Shown here: positions 10,965 through 22,386 of the stretch, in pieces
Layout of the letters: every line of letters begins with the position of its first letter
Position numbering within the stretch: the stretch's first letter is position 1
Assembly: GCA_023205875.1 (NCBI GenBank)
Contig: CP060756.1
Location: 992,001-1,056,000 of the forward strand
Length of the DNA: 64,000 nucleotides
Direction: 5' to 3'
Origin: Chloropicon primus
Lineage: Eukaryota
Made by a program: the position numbers and the translations under genes
The notes under the pieces: generated by a model
Told to the model about the DNA's origin: nothing
Databases searched by the model: none
Seen by the model: only the letters and a program-made list of their open reading frames with translations

Positions 10965-11783
10965 CTACTCCGGCAGCGTTCTCCTCGAGCTGAAGAAGAC
11001 GAACGAGGCGGGGTTCTGAGGAGCGTCCTTTGGGTCCCTGATCTCAAAGTGGAGGTGGGGGCCCGAGGACCTCCCCGTGGAGCCGACGCAGGCGACCACG
11101 TCCTTGGCCTTGACGAACTCCCCGATCTTCCTGTAGTTCCTCTGCGTGTGGGCGTAGAGCGTGCGCCAACCGTCCTCGTGCTCGATCTCCATGAAGTTCC
11201 CGTACCCCGGCTCGAAGCCCGCGACGACGACCCTTCCGTCCGCGGCCGCCCTGATCGGTGTCCCTTCCTCCGCGGCCAAGTCCACCCCGTTGTGGTGGCT
11301 CTCGCCCCTCTGGCCGTACCTACTCGATACGAAGTAGCTCGAGTCGTCCAGAGGCCTCGCGAACCGTGGGGAGTCTGACCTCTTGACGAGCGGGGGGCGG
11401 TCCGAGCCGAGCACCGCGCGCCGCAAGGGCCGCGGCAGCCGGCTCAGCACCCCAGAGCTCTCAAAGATGACCTCCTGCCTCAGGTCCTCAAACCGCTGCG
11501 GAACATCCAGGAGCTGGCTCCTGGGGCGGAGGGCGGTGGTCGGCACGCCCTTGGCCGCGAGCCTCCGGAAGGGCGCGCTCAGCAGCAGCGCGAGGGAGTC
11601 CCTCGGCACGCCCTTGGCCGGCCCGGTCGCCCTCCCGAGCGCGCGCCGGAAGGCCTCCTCCAGCCCCCCGCTCCCCAGCAGGCTCTGCAACGAAGCCCTC
11701 CCCTGGACACTTCTCGTCAGCGACACGGAGAGAGAGGAAACCTGCGCGCGGGGAAACCTCTCCCGGTCCCCGCGGGTCGCCAT
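10965..11783 (-). CDS. Peptidase family M23 (LytM/MepM/NlpD-like) metallo-endopeptidase
   Basis: VSSRYGQR...HNGVDLAA..GTPIRAAADG.V...GYGN...H....TLYAH...GSTGRSSGPHLHFEIR; the HxxxD and HxH zinc ligands are intact; start codon uncertain. Confidence 0.88.
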   Translation of the reverse strand: MATRGDRERFPRAQVSSLSVSLTRSVQGRASLQSLLGSGGLEEAFRRALGRATGPAKGVPRDSLALLLSAPFRRLAAKGVPTTALRPRSQLLDVPQRFEDLRQEVIFESSGVLSRLPRPLRRAVLGSDRPPLVKRSDSPRFARPLDDSSYFVSSRYGQRGESHHNGVDLAAEEGTPIRAAADGRVVVAGFEPGYGNFMEIEHEDGWRTLYAHTQRNYRKIGEFVKAKDVVACVGSTGRSSGPHLHFEIRDPKDAPQNPASFVFFSSRRTLPE

Positions 11784-12542
11784 GGCGTGGGCAAGAGCGG
11801 GCTTTACGCGTGCGACAACGACGGCAACGGCAACGGCAACGACTTGCAGCAGACTTCGAGGCACGCGACTTCGAGGCAACACTTTTTTGCCTCCCTGGAG
11901 CAAAGGCTCTAATAATTTGAAATCGTCTAATCTCACTTTCAAGACTAGGATAGGAGGCAAGGAGAGGTGGTTATGGGTACTTTGTTGATAGCTTGGATCA
12001 TCTTGGTTTGGTTCATGCTGACTTGATTAGGATAGGAGGAGGAAGGCAACTAACTTTTTTTTTGCTTTCTTCCTTCAATGCGGACGGATGCAGGCAATCT
12101 CTCAAAGTTCTCTTCTTCCTCCTCCTCCTCAAAGAAAAGAAGACTTCTCTTGTCTTGTCTTGTCTTGATGTGGGTGGCATGGCATGGAGAAAAAGCAACA
12201 CCAAAAGAGCAAAAGGAAAGCATGAATGAATGAATCATTACAGTTGCCCTTCTCTCTCTCTCTCTCTCCCTCCCTCTCTCTCCCTCTCTCTCCCTCTCTC
12301 TCTTGACCCTCGGGTCGGGAAGATATTTCGTCGGCCCCTTTTCTGCGTTTTTCTGCGTTTCCTCCTCTCCACTCGCTCCAAGCGTTTTCTACAGTCCGAA
12401 GGAGGGCAGAGCAGAGGGGGCGGAGCGAGCGCTGGGAAGGAAAAAAAAGGGAAGGGAAGGGAAGCGATCGATCGATCGGGAAGGGCTCGTGCTCGGGGCT
12501 TGGGTTGCTTTTGGAAGGAAGGGCTTGTGAGGGGAGGTCGCG

Positions 12543-15500
12543 ATGGCGGGACCGAGCGTGATGGCCTTGGCCAGAGAGGTCGGAGGGTCGCTGCTGAGGG
12601 GGGGGAGAACCCAAGTCGTCCTTGGGTTGAACCTCTTGGCCAGGGCGAGGCCCACCGCCGCAAAGAGAGTCCTGTACTCGACCGAGACGACGGGAAAGGG
12701 GGTACCCTATGACAAGCTCACGATTGGTAAGTTTGGATCGAGGGGCGCGGGGCGCGGTCCCAGGGTCTCGGCGCGACGGGCGCGGCACGGGTTTTGGTGT
12801 CCATTCGTTGTCACGGCGTGGCGGAATGCGCGGGCTCCAGATCGATCGGGGCTCCAGCCCCCCAGGCCTCCCTCGCGACAACGAATGCGAAATGCGAACG
12901 GGAGCATGCTGACCCAACTCTTCTTCTCTGCCGGTTCTCCCGCTCCGACGCGCAGGTGTTCCCAAGGAGACCTTCGTGGGCGAGAAGCGCGTGGCCCTGG
13001 TGCCCGCGTCGGTCGCTGCACTGACCAAGGCCGGCTTCAAGGTTGCCGTCGAGAGCGAGGCCGGAGTGACGTCCAAGTTCACCAACGCGGAGTACGAGGC
13101 CAGCGGGGCCACGATCGTGAGCGGCAAGGACGCCTGGACCAAGGATATTGTCATCAAGGTCAGGGAGCCCTCCCTGGCGGAGGTTGACAACATGAAGGAC
13201 GGGGGAACCCTCATCGGTTACGTCAGGCCCGCGATCAACAAGGAGCTCGTGGACAAGCTCGTCGAGAAGAAGGGGACCACCCTGGCCCTGGACTGCATTC
13301 CTAGGGTGATCAGCAGGGCGCAGGCTTTCGACACCCTGAGTTCCATGGCGAACATCGCTGGATACCGTGCGATCATCGAGGCGTCCCACAACTTTGGGCG
13401 CTTCTTCGCCGGCCAGATCACCGCCGCGGGCCGCGTCCCTCCGGCCAAGGTGCTTGTCATCGGAGGCGGAGTGGCGGGACTTTCCGCCACGGGTCACGCG
13501 AAGAACCTCGGGGCCGTGGTGCGCGTCTTCGATACCAGAGAGGCCGTGAGGGAGCAGGCCAAGTCCATGGGAGCAGAGTTCCTGACCGTGGACATTGAGG
13601 AGTCCGGAGAGGGAGCTGGCGGGTACGCCAAGGAAATGTCCAAGGAGTTCATCGAGGCCGAGATGGCGCTCTTCGCCCAGCAGTGCAAGGAGGTCGATAT
13701 CATCGTCTCCACTGCTCTGATCCCTGGCAAGAAGGCTCCAGTCCTGATCACCAAGGAGATGGTCGAGTCCATGAAGCCTGGCTCCGTCATCGTGGACCTC
13801 GCCGCCGAGGCGGGAGGAAACTGCGAGACTACAGTGCCAGGAGAGGTCGTCGACCACCATGGCGTCAAGTGCGTGGGATACACGGATCTGCCTAGCAGGC
13901 TCGCGACCCAGTCCAGTACGCTCTTCTCCAACAACGTCACCAAGTTCTTGATGTCCGCCGGTCCGTTCTCGACTCAGGTCAAGGGCGAATACCTCGTTGA
14001 CCACAAGGACGATGCCGTCAGGGGCACCTTGGTCACCGAGAACGGCAAGCTGATGTGGCCTGCTCCACCTGTGGAGATTCCACCTCCTCCACCAAAGAAG
14101 GAGGTGGTGGTCGAGGAGAAGGAGGTCGACGTGTACGGCGAGACTTTCAGCAGCGCTCTTACCGCTACCGGAGGTTTGGCTGGACTCATGGCCCTTGGAA
14201 TGGCATCTCCTGGAGCTGCCTTCTCTTCCATGGTCACGAAGTTCGGTCTTTCGAGTGTGGCTGGATACCAGACGGTCTGGGGTGTCGTGCCTGCGTTGCA
14301 CAGTCCCCTTATGTCTGTCACCAACGCCATTTCCGGTCTCACTGCCGTCGGAGGTATGCTCTGCATGGGAGGCGGTCTCTTGCCTACCACAACGGCCACG
14401 GCTTTGGCCTCCTCGGCTGTCTTCGCATCTGCCGTGAACATCGGAGGTGGCTTCGCTGTCACGCAAAGGATGTTGGACATGTTCAAGAGGCCAGATGACC
14501 CACCTGAGTACAACTATTTATATCTGATGCCAGGAGCCGCAGTCATCGGTGCTTATGGCCTCGGAACTGCTGCTGGATACGGCGAGATGACTTCCATGGC
14601 GTACCTGTCCTCTTCCCTGTGCTGCATCGGTGCGATCGCAAGTCTTGCGACTCAGAGCACCGCCAGAATGGGAAACATGCTCGGAGTCGTTGGTGTGAGC
14701 TCTGGTATCGCTGCTGCGATTGGCGACATGGGCGCCACGCCTGCAGTGTACGGCCAGCTGGCTGGAGCCATGGCGCTGGGTGGAGGTGCAGGTGTTGCCC
14801 TTGCCAAGTCGATGAAGATCACCGACCTGCCTCAAATGGTTGCCGGATTCCACTCCCTGGTTGGGTTCGCCGCTACTGCTACTTCTGTGGCTAGTTACAT
14901 GCACCTTGCGGATCCAGCAAGCGGACTGGACCACGGAACTTTGGATAATGTGCACAAGACCGCAATTTATCTTGGCACCCTCATTGGCGCGGTCACTCTC
15001 ACTGGATCCGCTGTGGCTTTCGGAAAGCTCCACGGAATCATGAACAGCGCTGCCATGAACCTTCCTGGAAAGAACCTGATCAACATTGGCCTCATGGGTA
15101 CCAACCTCGCGGCTGGTGGCATTTTGATGACCACCGCTGACCCTGCCACGGGATTGGCTTGCCTCGGGGCCACCACCGTTGCCTCCAGTATCCTTGGAGC
15201 CCACATGACCAACTCCATCGGAGGAGCTGATATGCCTGTGGTCATCACTTTGCTCAACAGTTACAGTGGATACGCGTTGTGCGCGGAGGGATTCATGTTG
15301 AACAACGACTTGCTCACCACCGTTGGAGCCCTTATTGGTTCCTCTGGTGCTATTCTGTCTTACATTATGTGCAAGGCAATGAACCGGTCGCTCGCTAACG
15401 TGATTCTTGGAGGAATCGCCGAGTCCTCCAATGCGCAGAAGGTCGAGGGAGTCCACCAGGAGACCTCTGTGGCTGACGCTGCGGACCTCATGACCAGCGC

Positions 15501-15990
15501 GGAGAAGATGATCATTGTCCCTGGATACGGACTTGCCGTGGCTGGGGCACAGTACACTGTGGCTGACATGGTTCGCATGCTGAGAGAGAAGGGCGTGGAT
15601 GTCAAGTTCGGCATTCACCCCGTCGCTGGAAGGATGCCTGGTCAGCTGAACGTTCTCCTCGCCGAGGCTGGAGTCCCATACGACATTGTCTTCGAGATGG
15701 AGGAGATCAACGACGATTTCGAGGACACTGACGTGGTCCTCGTCATTGGCGCCAACGACACTGTCAACTCTGCTGCTCTTGAGGACCCAGGCTCGCCCAT
15801 TGCTGGCATGCCTGTGCTCGAGGTCTGGCACTCCACGAACGTTGTTGTCATGAAGCGTACCATGGGTACCGGCTATGCCGCGGTTGATAACCCTGTCTTC
15901 TATAAGGAGAACACCCAAATGCTTCTGGGAGATGCTAAGACCAGGTGCGCCGAGCTCACCCAGCAGGTGGCCGCCAACTACGCAAAGTAA
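12543..15990 (+). CDS. NNT: Mitochondrial proton-translocating NAD(P)+ transhydrogenase, fused alpha-beta (intron 12727-12955)
   Basis: Presequence, IG|VPKE...[62 protein letters not shown] and GANDTVN. Confidence 0.97.
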
Positions 15991-16079
15991 AAACATTTAT
16001 AGGATTGAGAATATATTACCAACCATTCTTCTGTTGTCTATTTTGTTTCACGCCCACCCGCCCTGCTCGGACAGGCGCG

Positions 16080-16979
16080 TCACAGCAGCCTCCTCATGAA
16101 GCCGAGCCCACTCCTGAACGGCCGGAACAAGGACGTCAGCCTGTGATTCGCTCTCGCTCCCGCTGCTGCCGCTTTGTACACGGAGTGCTTCCCGTACTTT
16201 GAGTCCCCCTCGCTAGAGGTGGCTGTCAGACCAGACCTGAAGCCCCCGCTCCTGTACCTCTCTATAACTGGATTAATCTCCTCGCGGTACACTTTGCCTA
16301 TGGTGCCCTCGGACCAGCAGGGTTGAGTCAAGTAATCCTGGAACTTGATCCACTTGGCAGCCGTGAGCTCTGTCTTGTCTATCACGAGCTCCTGGTTCTC
16401 CGCATTGAGCTTGAGAGCGCAGACAAAGTAGAGATCGGAATTGGCGGTGGCACTTGGATACCGGTGCCTTATCAGCAAGCACTGGTCAAAAGACGTACGC
16501 AGGCCAGTCTCCTCAAACACTTCCCTCTCCGCTGCTGTGCAAATGCTTTCGCCCGGGTCTGCGCTTCCTGTTACAATTTTCCAGACACCTTTCCCTCGGA
16601 GCGGTCCCAAGGCCTCCTGGACGCACAAAATCTCGTCCTCGCTGTTGAAGATCACCGCACCGACCCCAACTTGAGTAAAAGGTGCGCGGGGGATCATGCA
16701 GGGCGTCGTCGTAGGCAGCCACTTGATGAGGGCTGCCTGGCCGGGCTTCGCGTGGTGAAAGTCGAACCCCTGCCGCAGTGCCGTGGGAATCCAGGACGCC
16801 CTGGAATTCGGCACGAACAACCAGACCCCGGTTCGACCTTCCCTTGCCCAAACGGCCAGAGATTCCTTGAGAGCCCCCTCGAAATCCTCCGCCTCGCCCA
16901 GTGCTGCCACTTGCACCTTGACTCCGTTGAAGACATCGACGTCGCAGTCCAGGGGCGCCTCGCTCGCTGGAAAGGCCAT
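16080..16979 (-). CDS. Nudix hydrolase, NUDT6/AtNUDX2-8-like
   Basis: GFDFHHA, QVGVGAVIFN and Nudix box GSADPGESICTAAEREVFEETG. Confidence 0.88.
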   Translation of the reverse strand: MAFPASEAPLDCDVDVFNGVKVQVAALGEAEDFEGALKESLAVWAREGRTGVWLFVPNSRASWIPTALRQGFDFHHAKPGQAALIKWLPTTTPCMIPRAPFTQVGVGAVIFNSEDEILCVQEALGPLRGKGVWKIVTGSADPGESICTAAEREVFEETGLRTSFDQCLLIRHRYPSATANSDLYFVCALKLNAENQELVIDKTELTAAKWIKFQDYLTQPCWSEGTIGKVYREEINPVIERYRSGGFRSGLTATSSEGDSKYGKHSVYKAAAAGARANHRLTSLFRPFRSGLGFMRRLL

Positions 16980-17237
16980 CTCGTCCGTATCGATCACCCT
17001 GTCGATTTTCCCAGACTCCGCACCCTCGCCTCCCTCTCTCCCTCTCTCGCCTCCCTCTCTCTGTGTCCGGGGCCTGCAGCACTTGAGAATTGCTCGCTCC
17101 AGGAGCCCTAGTGCACTGAGTAGGCGGGGTGGTTGGAGGGACTTGATAAGGGGGGGGGCGGGGATGAGTATCGTGTCGCCTTAGCTAGTGTACAATGAAT
17201 TACTTTCCGATTTCGGGCGGCAAGGTCTTACTTCGTT

Positions 17238-18695
17238 TCAGTTGATGAAGAGGAGGGTGACGTAGGTGAGTCCGCCCGCGCAGAGGGCCGAGACGGGCAC
17301 CGTTACGACCCAGGACGCTATGATTTTGTTGAGCATGCTCCATTTGACGTGCTTGGCCCCATTCTCGTACATCCCGATGAAAATGACGCTGCCCACCTGG
17401 CAGTGCGTGCTAGAGACGGGCATCCCGGTGCAGGAAGCCAGGACGACGCTCATAGTCGACCCGAGTTCGATCGAAAAACCTGTGGGAAAGTCGATCGCGG
17501 TGAGGTCCTTCCCGATGGTTTTGATGACGTGGTGGCCCGAAATGGAGAGTCCCAAGACGATTCCAGCCCCGCACAGCAACAGAACCCAAATCGTGGTGGT
17601 GATGGAGCACGGGTCCTGCCCCGCGTACAGACCGGCCACGGCGGCGAACGGACCGGCGGCATTGGCGACGTCATTTGCCCCGTGAGCAAAGCTCTTCAGC
17701 GTGGCCGTGAGAATCTGCAGGTACATGAAGACCATCTTTGCTCTCTCCAACTCCTCGGTGGCCCCGCCACTCAGCAGGTTCGCCTCCTCGCTTTGGGCTC
17801 CTGGCCCCGCTTTGGCGTCCGAGGCTCCCTCGACCTCACCGTTTTCCTCCTCCCCTTCGCCCTCTTCCAGCGACCCCTGCGCGCTCCCCACGCCCGATCC
17901 GCCGCCACTGTTCTCCACCCGCAGACCCTTCATCTCGATCGAGCTGGACTCGACGTGCCTCTTCACCCTGGACAGGAGCAGGAGCTGCACGAGGCCCCAC
18001 ACCGCGAGGCCCGAGCCGAGGGCGATCGAGGCCTGGACCCACAAGGCCAGGCTCGATTGCTGGTACAGGATGAGCATGGCAAGGACCGCGATCGTGGAGC
18101 CCGACAGGACGGGCAAGGCGACGTAGGCCCGCCTCAATGGGGTGCGGGCTTCGAGCACCAGTCTCCTGATCCCAAATTGCAGAAGGACGGAGATGGCCCC
18201 GGCCAGGAGGGGGGAGACGAACCAGGACGCGACGATCTTCATCAGCCCGGGCCAGAGCCACTTGATGCAAAACACGTGGGTCGCGACCGCCGTCATGCCA
18301 AGGACCGCGCCCACGATTGTGTGGGTGGACGACACGGGCAGCCCGAACAGCGTCGCCGCGAGGAGGAAAGCCGATCCGCTGGCCAGAGCGTAAACCATCC
18401 CGATCTCGTACAACCCCCTCATAGCCTCACTCCCGTGGCAGTCCCAGCAATCCTCCCTCTCCAGGTAGCTGATATGCCTCGTCAGCGTGTCGGCGACGCC
18501 GGCACCCAGCGTCACCGCCCCCACCACCTCCATCACCGAGGCAATCACCACCGCAACTCGCATGGTAAGGGCCCCGCTCCCTATCGACGTGCCGAACGCA
18601 TTGCCCACGTCGTTCGCCCCCAATCCGTACGCGAACAGCGCAGCGAAGATGCAGCCGGCACTGAATACATAAGGACTGCTCGCGTTCATCACCAT
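17238..18695 (-). CDS. PiT/PHO4-family phosphate transporter
   Basis: Two PiT signatures (GANDVGNAFGTSIGSG, HGANDVANA), PVSSTH twice, and multiple TM helices. Confidence 0.93.
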   Translation of the reverse strand: MVMNASSPYVFSAGCIFAALFAYGLGANDVGNAFGTSIGSGALTMRVAVVIASVMEVVGAVTLGAGVADTLTRHISYLEREDCWDCHGSEAMRGLYEIGMVYALASGSAFLLAATLFGLPVSSTHTIVGAVLGMTAVATHVFCIKWLWPGLMKIVASWFVSPLLAGAISVLLQFGIRRLVLEARTPLRRAYVALPVLSGSTIAVLAMLILYQQSSLALWVQASIALGSGLAVWGLVQLLLLSRVKRHVESSSIEMKGLRVENSGGGSGVGSAQGSLEEGEGEEENGEVEGASDAKAGPGAQSEEANLLSGGATEELERAKMVFMYLQILTATLKSFAHGANDVANAAGPFAAVAGLYAGQDPCSITTTIWVLLLCGAGIVLGLSISGHHVIKTIGKDLTAIDFPTGFSIELGSTMSVVLASCTGMPVSSTHCQVGSVIFIGMYENGAKHVKWSMLNKIIASWVVTVPVSALCAGGLTYVTLLFIN

Positions 18696-19031
18696 ATCAC
18701 CATCATCATCGTCGTAGGAAAGGATTAAGTTTCTAATCTCCCCGCTACCACGCCCGTCGGCATGCGTCCCTCTCGACCGCGCCCCGGAGGCGACCCTCAA
18801 CGAGACCGGACTCAGTTAGGGCCTCCACGCCTATCCTATGGAGAAGCCCCTCGCAGGAGTGAGACTCCAGCAGCTCAGTGACATAACGCCCACGCCCCAC
18901 GAAGACGAAGCGAAGCAGAACGAGAGAAGCCGAGGAGGGGCCTCGAAATTTTTTCCACTTTTGGTATTTGGTATTCATGAGTGTAAAAGGGTAACACCTC
19001 GGGTGAGCACAAGAGGGGCGATCATCTTGCC

Positions 19032-22000
19032 ATGGCCGGCGCCGGGGGTTCAGAGACCCTGTTGAGGGCGGTACACGAGCTGTACCACAACCCCGACAAG
19101 GAGGTGAGTCGTCCCTCTGGGATGTGGACCACCGCGAATGCGCAATGGACCTCACCGGGAAGCCAGTTTTGGGATGGCGTGGCGCGAGGACGTCCGCCCC
19201 ATCTCTCTCACTCTGCCTGTCTGTCTCTCTCGCCTGTCTCTCATGAGGGAGTTTCTCCTCCCGCACGGCCCTCCTCGGGCCAGGATTGCATTCGCTGACG
19301 CCGACGATGATCTCCTTTTCGTTTCGACGGGCCTCCTTGACTCGTGCAGGTGAAGAAGCGGGCGGAGCAGTGGTTTGGCGAGTTTCAGCGCTCCTTCGAG
19401 GCTTGGACGAGCTTGTTGGAGGTGCTGCAGAACTCGGGCTGCCCGACCGAAGCGAGGCACCTGTGCTCGATAGGATTGAAGAACAAGGTAAAGTACCGGG
19501 ATCGGACCGGCCCGCGAGCGCTCTCCCTTCGCCGCGGCCGCGGATCAACCCAACTAACAACCCAAACTCCCTCCGTCTCGATCTCAATGTGCGCGTTTGC
19601 GTGTGCAGTGCCTGCTCGACCTGGAGGGACTGCCGAAGGAGTCCGTGGACGTCCTCAGGGAATCGATAGTCTCGCTGCTCTTGGCGGCGGAGCCTCTCAA
19701 TGGGCCGATCAGGACGCAGCTGTGCCTGGCGTTCTCCGGGATAGCCGCCCACGTCCCGGGCCCGGACTGGAACGGGGTGGGCATGGTGCCGTGGGTCGAG
19801 CAGAGGCTGTCGGGGGGAGCGAAACCGTTGTCCGTGGTAAGAATGGTCGAAATCATGTGTATACTAGCCGAGGAGTACGGCAGCTACAAGCCGGCCGTGC
19901 ACCCGAATAGGAGGAGGCAATACTGCAAGGAGCTGGAGAGCTCCTCGGCGAAGGCCTTCCAGATGCTCACGTTCGCGGCGCAGGAGCAAGCGCTCCTGAA
20001 CGACGCAAAGCCCCTCAAGTGCTTGCTGCAGGCTTTTTCCTCGTGGCTGAACTTGGGGGGCCCGGAGAAGCTCAAGGCGAGCTGCGCCAACACGCCCCTC
20101 CAGTTGCACAACCACCCCCTCGTGGCCCTGTCGGTGAATTGCCTGCAGAGCCAAGACATGGAGGTGTTTGACATGGCGGTAGACGTGATGTGCACGCTCG
20201 TGAACTGCACGCTCTCGGAAAACGTAGAAGTCATCACGCCAGAGGCTGTAGAGTTAGTAAATATGTTGATGGGAAGCGCCCTCTCCCTCAGGCCCAGGCT
20301 CTTGCAGTACGTCTCCGACACAAAGGCTGGCAAGGACGTGATAGAGATGGAGGACATGGTGAAATCGATAGCAAAGTTCCTTGTCGAAATTTCGGAGGCG
20401 TACATCTTCTACATCGCCAAGGGCCAGTCCGATTTCCTCGTCATGGTCGAAGCCATGCTCGAAGTCGCGAGCCACCCGGACAACGAGGTGTCCTCCATGA
20501 CATTTGGGTTCTGGTACAGGTTGTCCAAAATACTGGTGATCGGGGTGGATCCCGACACGGAGATGAAGGTCTTGGGCGAGATGCGCCAGCCCCTGATAGA
20601 AATGTTCAATCCGGCCTTTTCCAAGCTGGTGGGTCACCTGATAGAGCACGTAGTCTTTGCGGATGACGTGGATTCCTGGTCGAAGGGCGACCACAAGGAC
20701 TTTAGAAAGGTCAGGTACACGATCTCGGACACCCTGACGGACGCAAATTTGATTCTTGGCCCAGACACGACTTTGAGCTTGATTTTGGAGCCTCTGCAAG
20801 TCCACCACTCGGAATGCAGCGCGGGAAAGTCGTTCGATTGGCGAATTGCGGAGGCAGCGTACTTCTGCTCCAAATCAATTTCCAGGAGCATGCCATTTGA
20901 CTCTGCCCTCGTGTACAACTTGCTCTGCGCGATCCCAACCCTGCCGCGCCAGCCTCAGCTCCTGTACACGTCCTGCTCGGTAGTTGGTTCGTTTTCAAGC
21001 TGGGTTGCGGGGGCAATGAAGAAGGGCAAGCTTCCCGATGCCTCGCTGCTCACCTCGCTGCTTTCCTTTAGTTCCGGGGCCTTGCAAGACAAGGATGCCA
21101 GCTCCGCAGCGGCAATAGCATTCAAGCACTTGTGCGACTCTTGCTGTGGGCTGCTGGGAGAATTCAGCGAGCAGCTGTTCTCGGTCTACAATGCAGTGAT
21201 CACGGGATCACCGGGGGCATTGGAGTCCGAGGACGTCATTGAGGTGCTGGAGGGCGTGATTTTTGTGGCCATGGCGATGGACGCGGACAAGAAACAAGCT
21301 GCGGTACAGGTGATTGTGCAACCGATATTGACGCCCCTGCAGGCAATGCTGGGCGGGTCGCCTGCTGGGAACGAGGTCCAGGCTCTGAGGCTGCTGGAGC
21401 AGCTGGAAACAGTTTACAAGAACGTCTCTGACAAGCAGCTAGTGATGCAGCTGTTGGACCACACCTCCTCGATTTTCGACAGGGCCCTTGAGGTGCTTGG
21501 CCCTCACGTGGAGTGCGCAGAGAAGGTGTGCAGTGCTCTCAAGTACGGCTTGAAGACTACGGGAACTTCCACGGCCCAGGAGCTGCTGCAGCACCTATTC
21601 ACGAACATCCCCCTGAGGTTCTCACGGTATTCCCACCCATGCTTGCTCTATCTCAGCAGCGAGCTCGTGAAAATCTTTGGGGGCCAAACGCAGTCCCACG
21701 GTTGGCTCCAAGCCCTTGTCTCGGGCCTTGTCGCAAAGTCGCACAACAAGCTGATGGAAATAAAAAACTTTGACAGCCGACCAGATATTGTGGATGACCT
21801 CTTCCTGCTGGCGGGCCGTGTGCTGACTTACGCGCCGGCGATTCTTTTTCTTGAGGGAGGCTTCCAGACCTTGCAGCTCTTGTTCAATTGCGCGGTTGCT
21901 GGAATGTATATCAACCACAGAGATGCCCTGCTGTCGATCTACGCGTTCTTTTACTTGCTGCTAGACACCAAGAATGAGTACTCTGCGAAAGCACTGGAAG

Positions 22001-22344
22001 CTGTGCTCGTCCCTGCTGGCCTGATACTGACGAAGAAGCTGCTAGCTGGCATCACAGGCGCCGTTCCAAAGGCTTATCTGGAGGACCTGGGGGAGAGCCT
22101 GCATAGGATGCTCCGCGTTGCCAAGCAGCTTGGATTGTCTTGGCTTCACGAGTCCCTTTCGTGCATTCCACGGACTTCACTCTCGGACGAAGAAAAGCAA
22201 ACTTTCATGGTCGCAGCTCAGGAGTACTTGTCGAACGGCAGGCACAGAAGCTTTCTCCAGCAGGTGAAGGAGGTCTCTCAAATTTGCAGACGCAACGATA
22301 AAGTGATGAGGGAATGCAATGCCTCGTTGCTAGCCTCTTCGTAA
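19032..22344 (+). CDS. Importin-beta family karyopherin, transportin-SR/TNPO3/MOS14-like (exons 19032-19103, 19350-19487, 19609-22344)
   Basis: AVHELYHNPD...AEQWFGEFQRS.EAW IBN-N start; IRTQLCLA, EVASHPD...TFGFWY.L, WR.AEAA, RPDIVDDLF.L; in-frame GT-AG introns. Confidence 0.85.
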
Positions 22345-22386
22345 AAGCCCGATAGCGCATGGTACACAAAGACTTAATTTGATACA

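Noticed and set aside
18435..18449. CxxCH (CWDCH) c-type haem motif in a loop of the PiT transporter
   Set aside because: A single short motif in a secretory-pathway membrane protein with no cytochrome context; most likely chance or a disulfide loop
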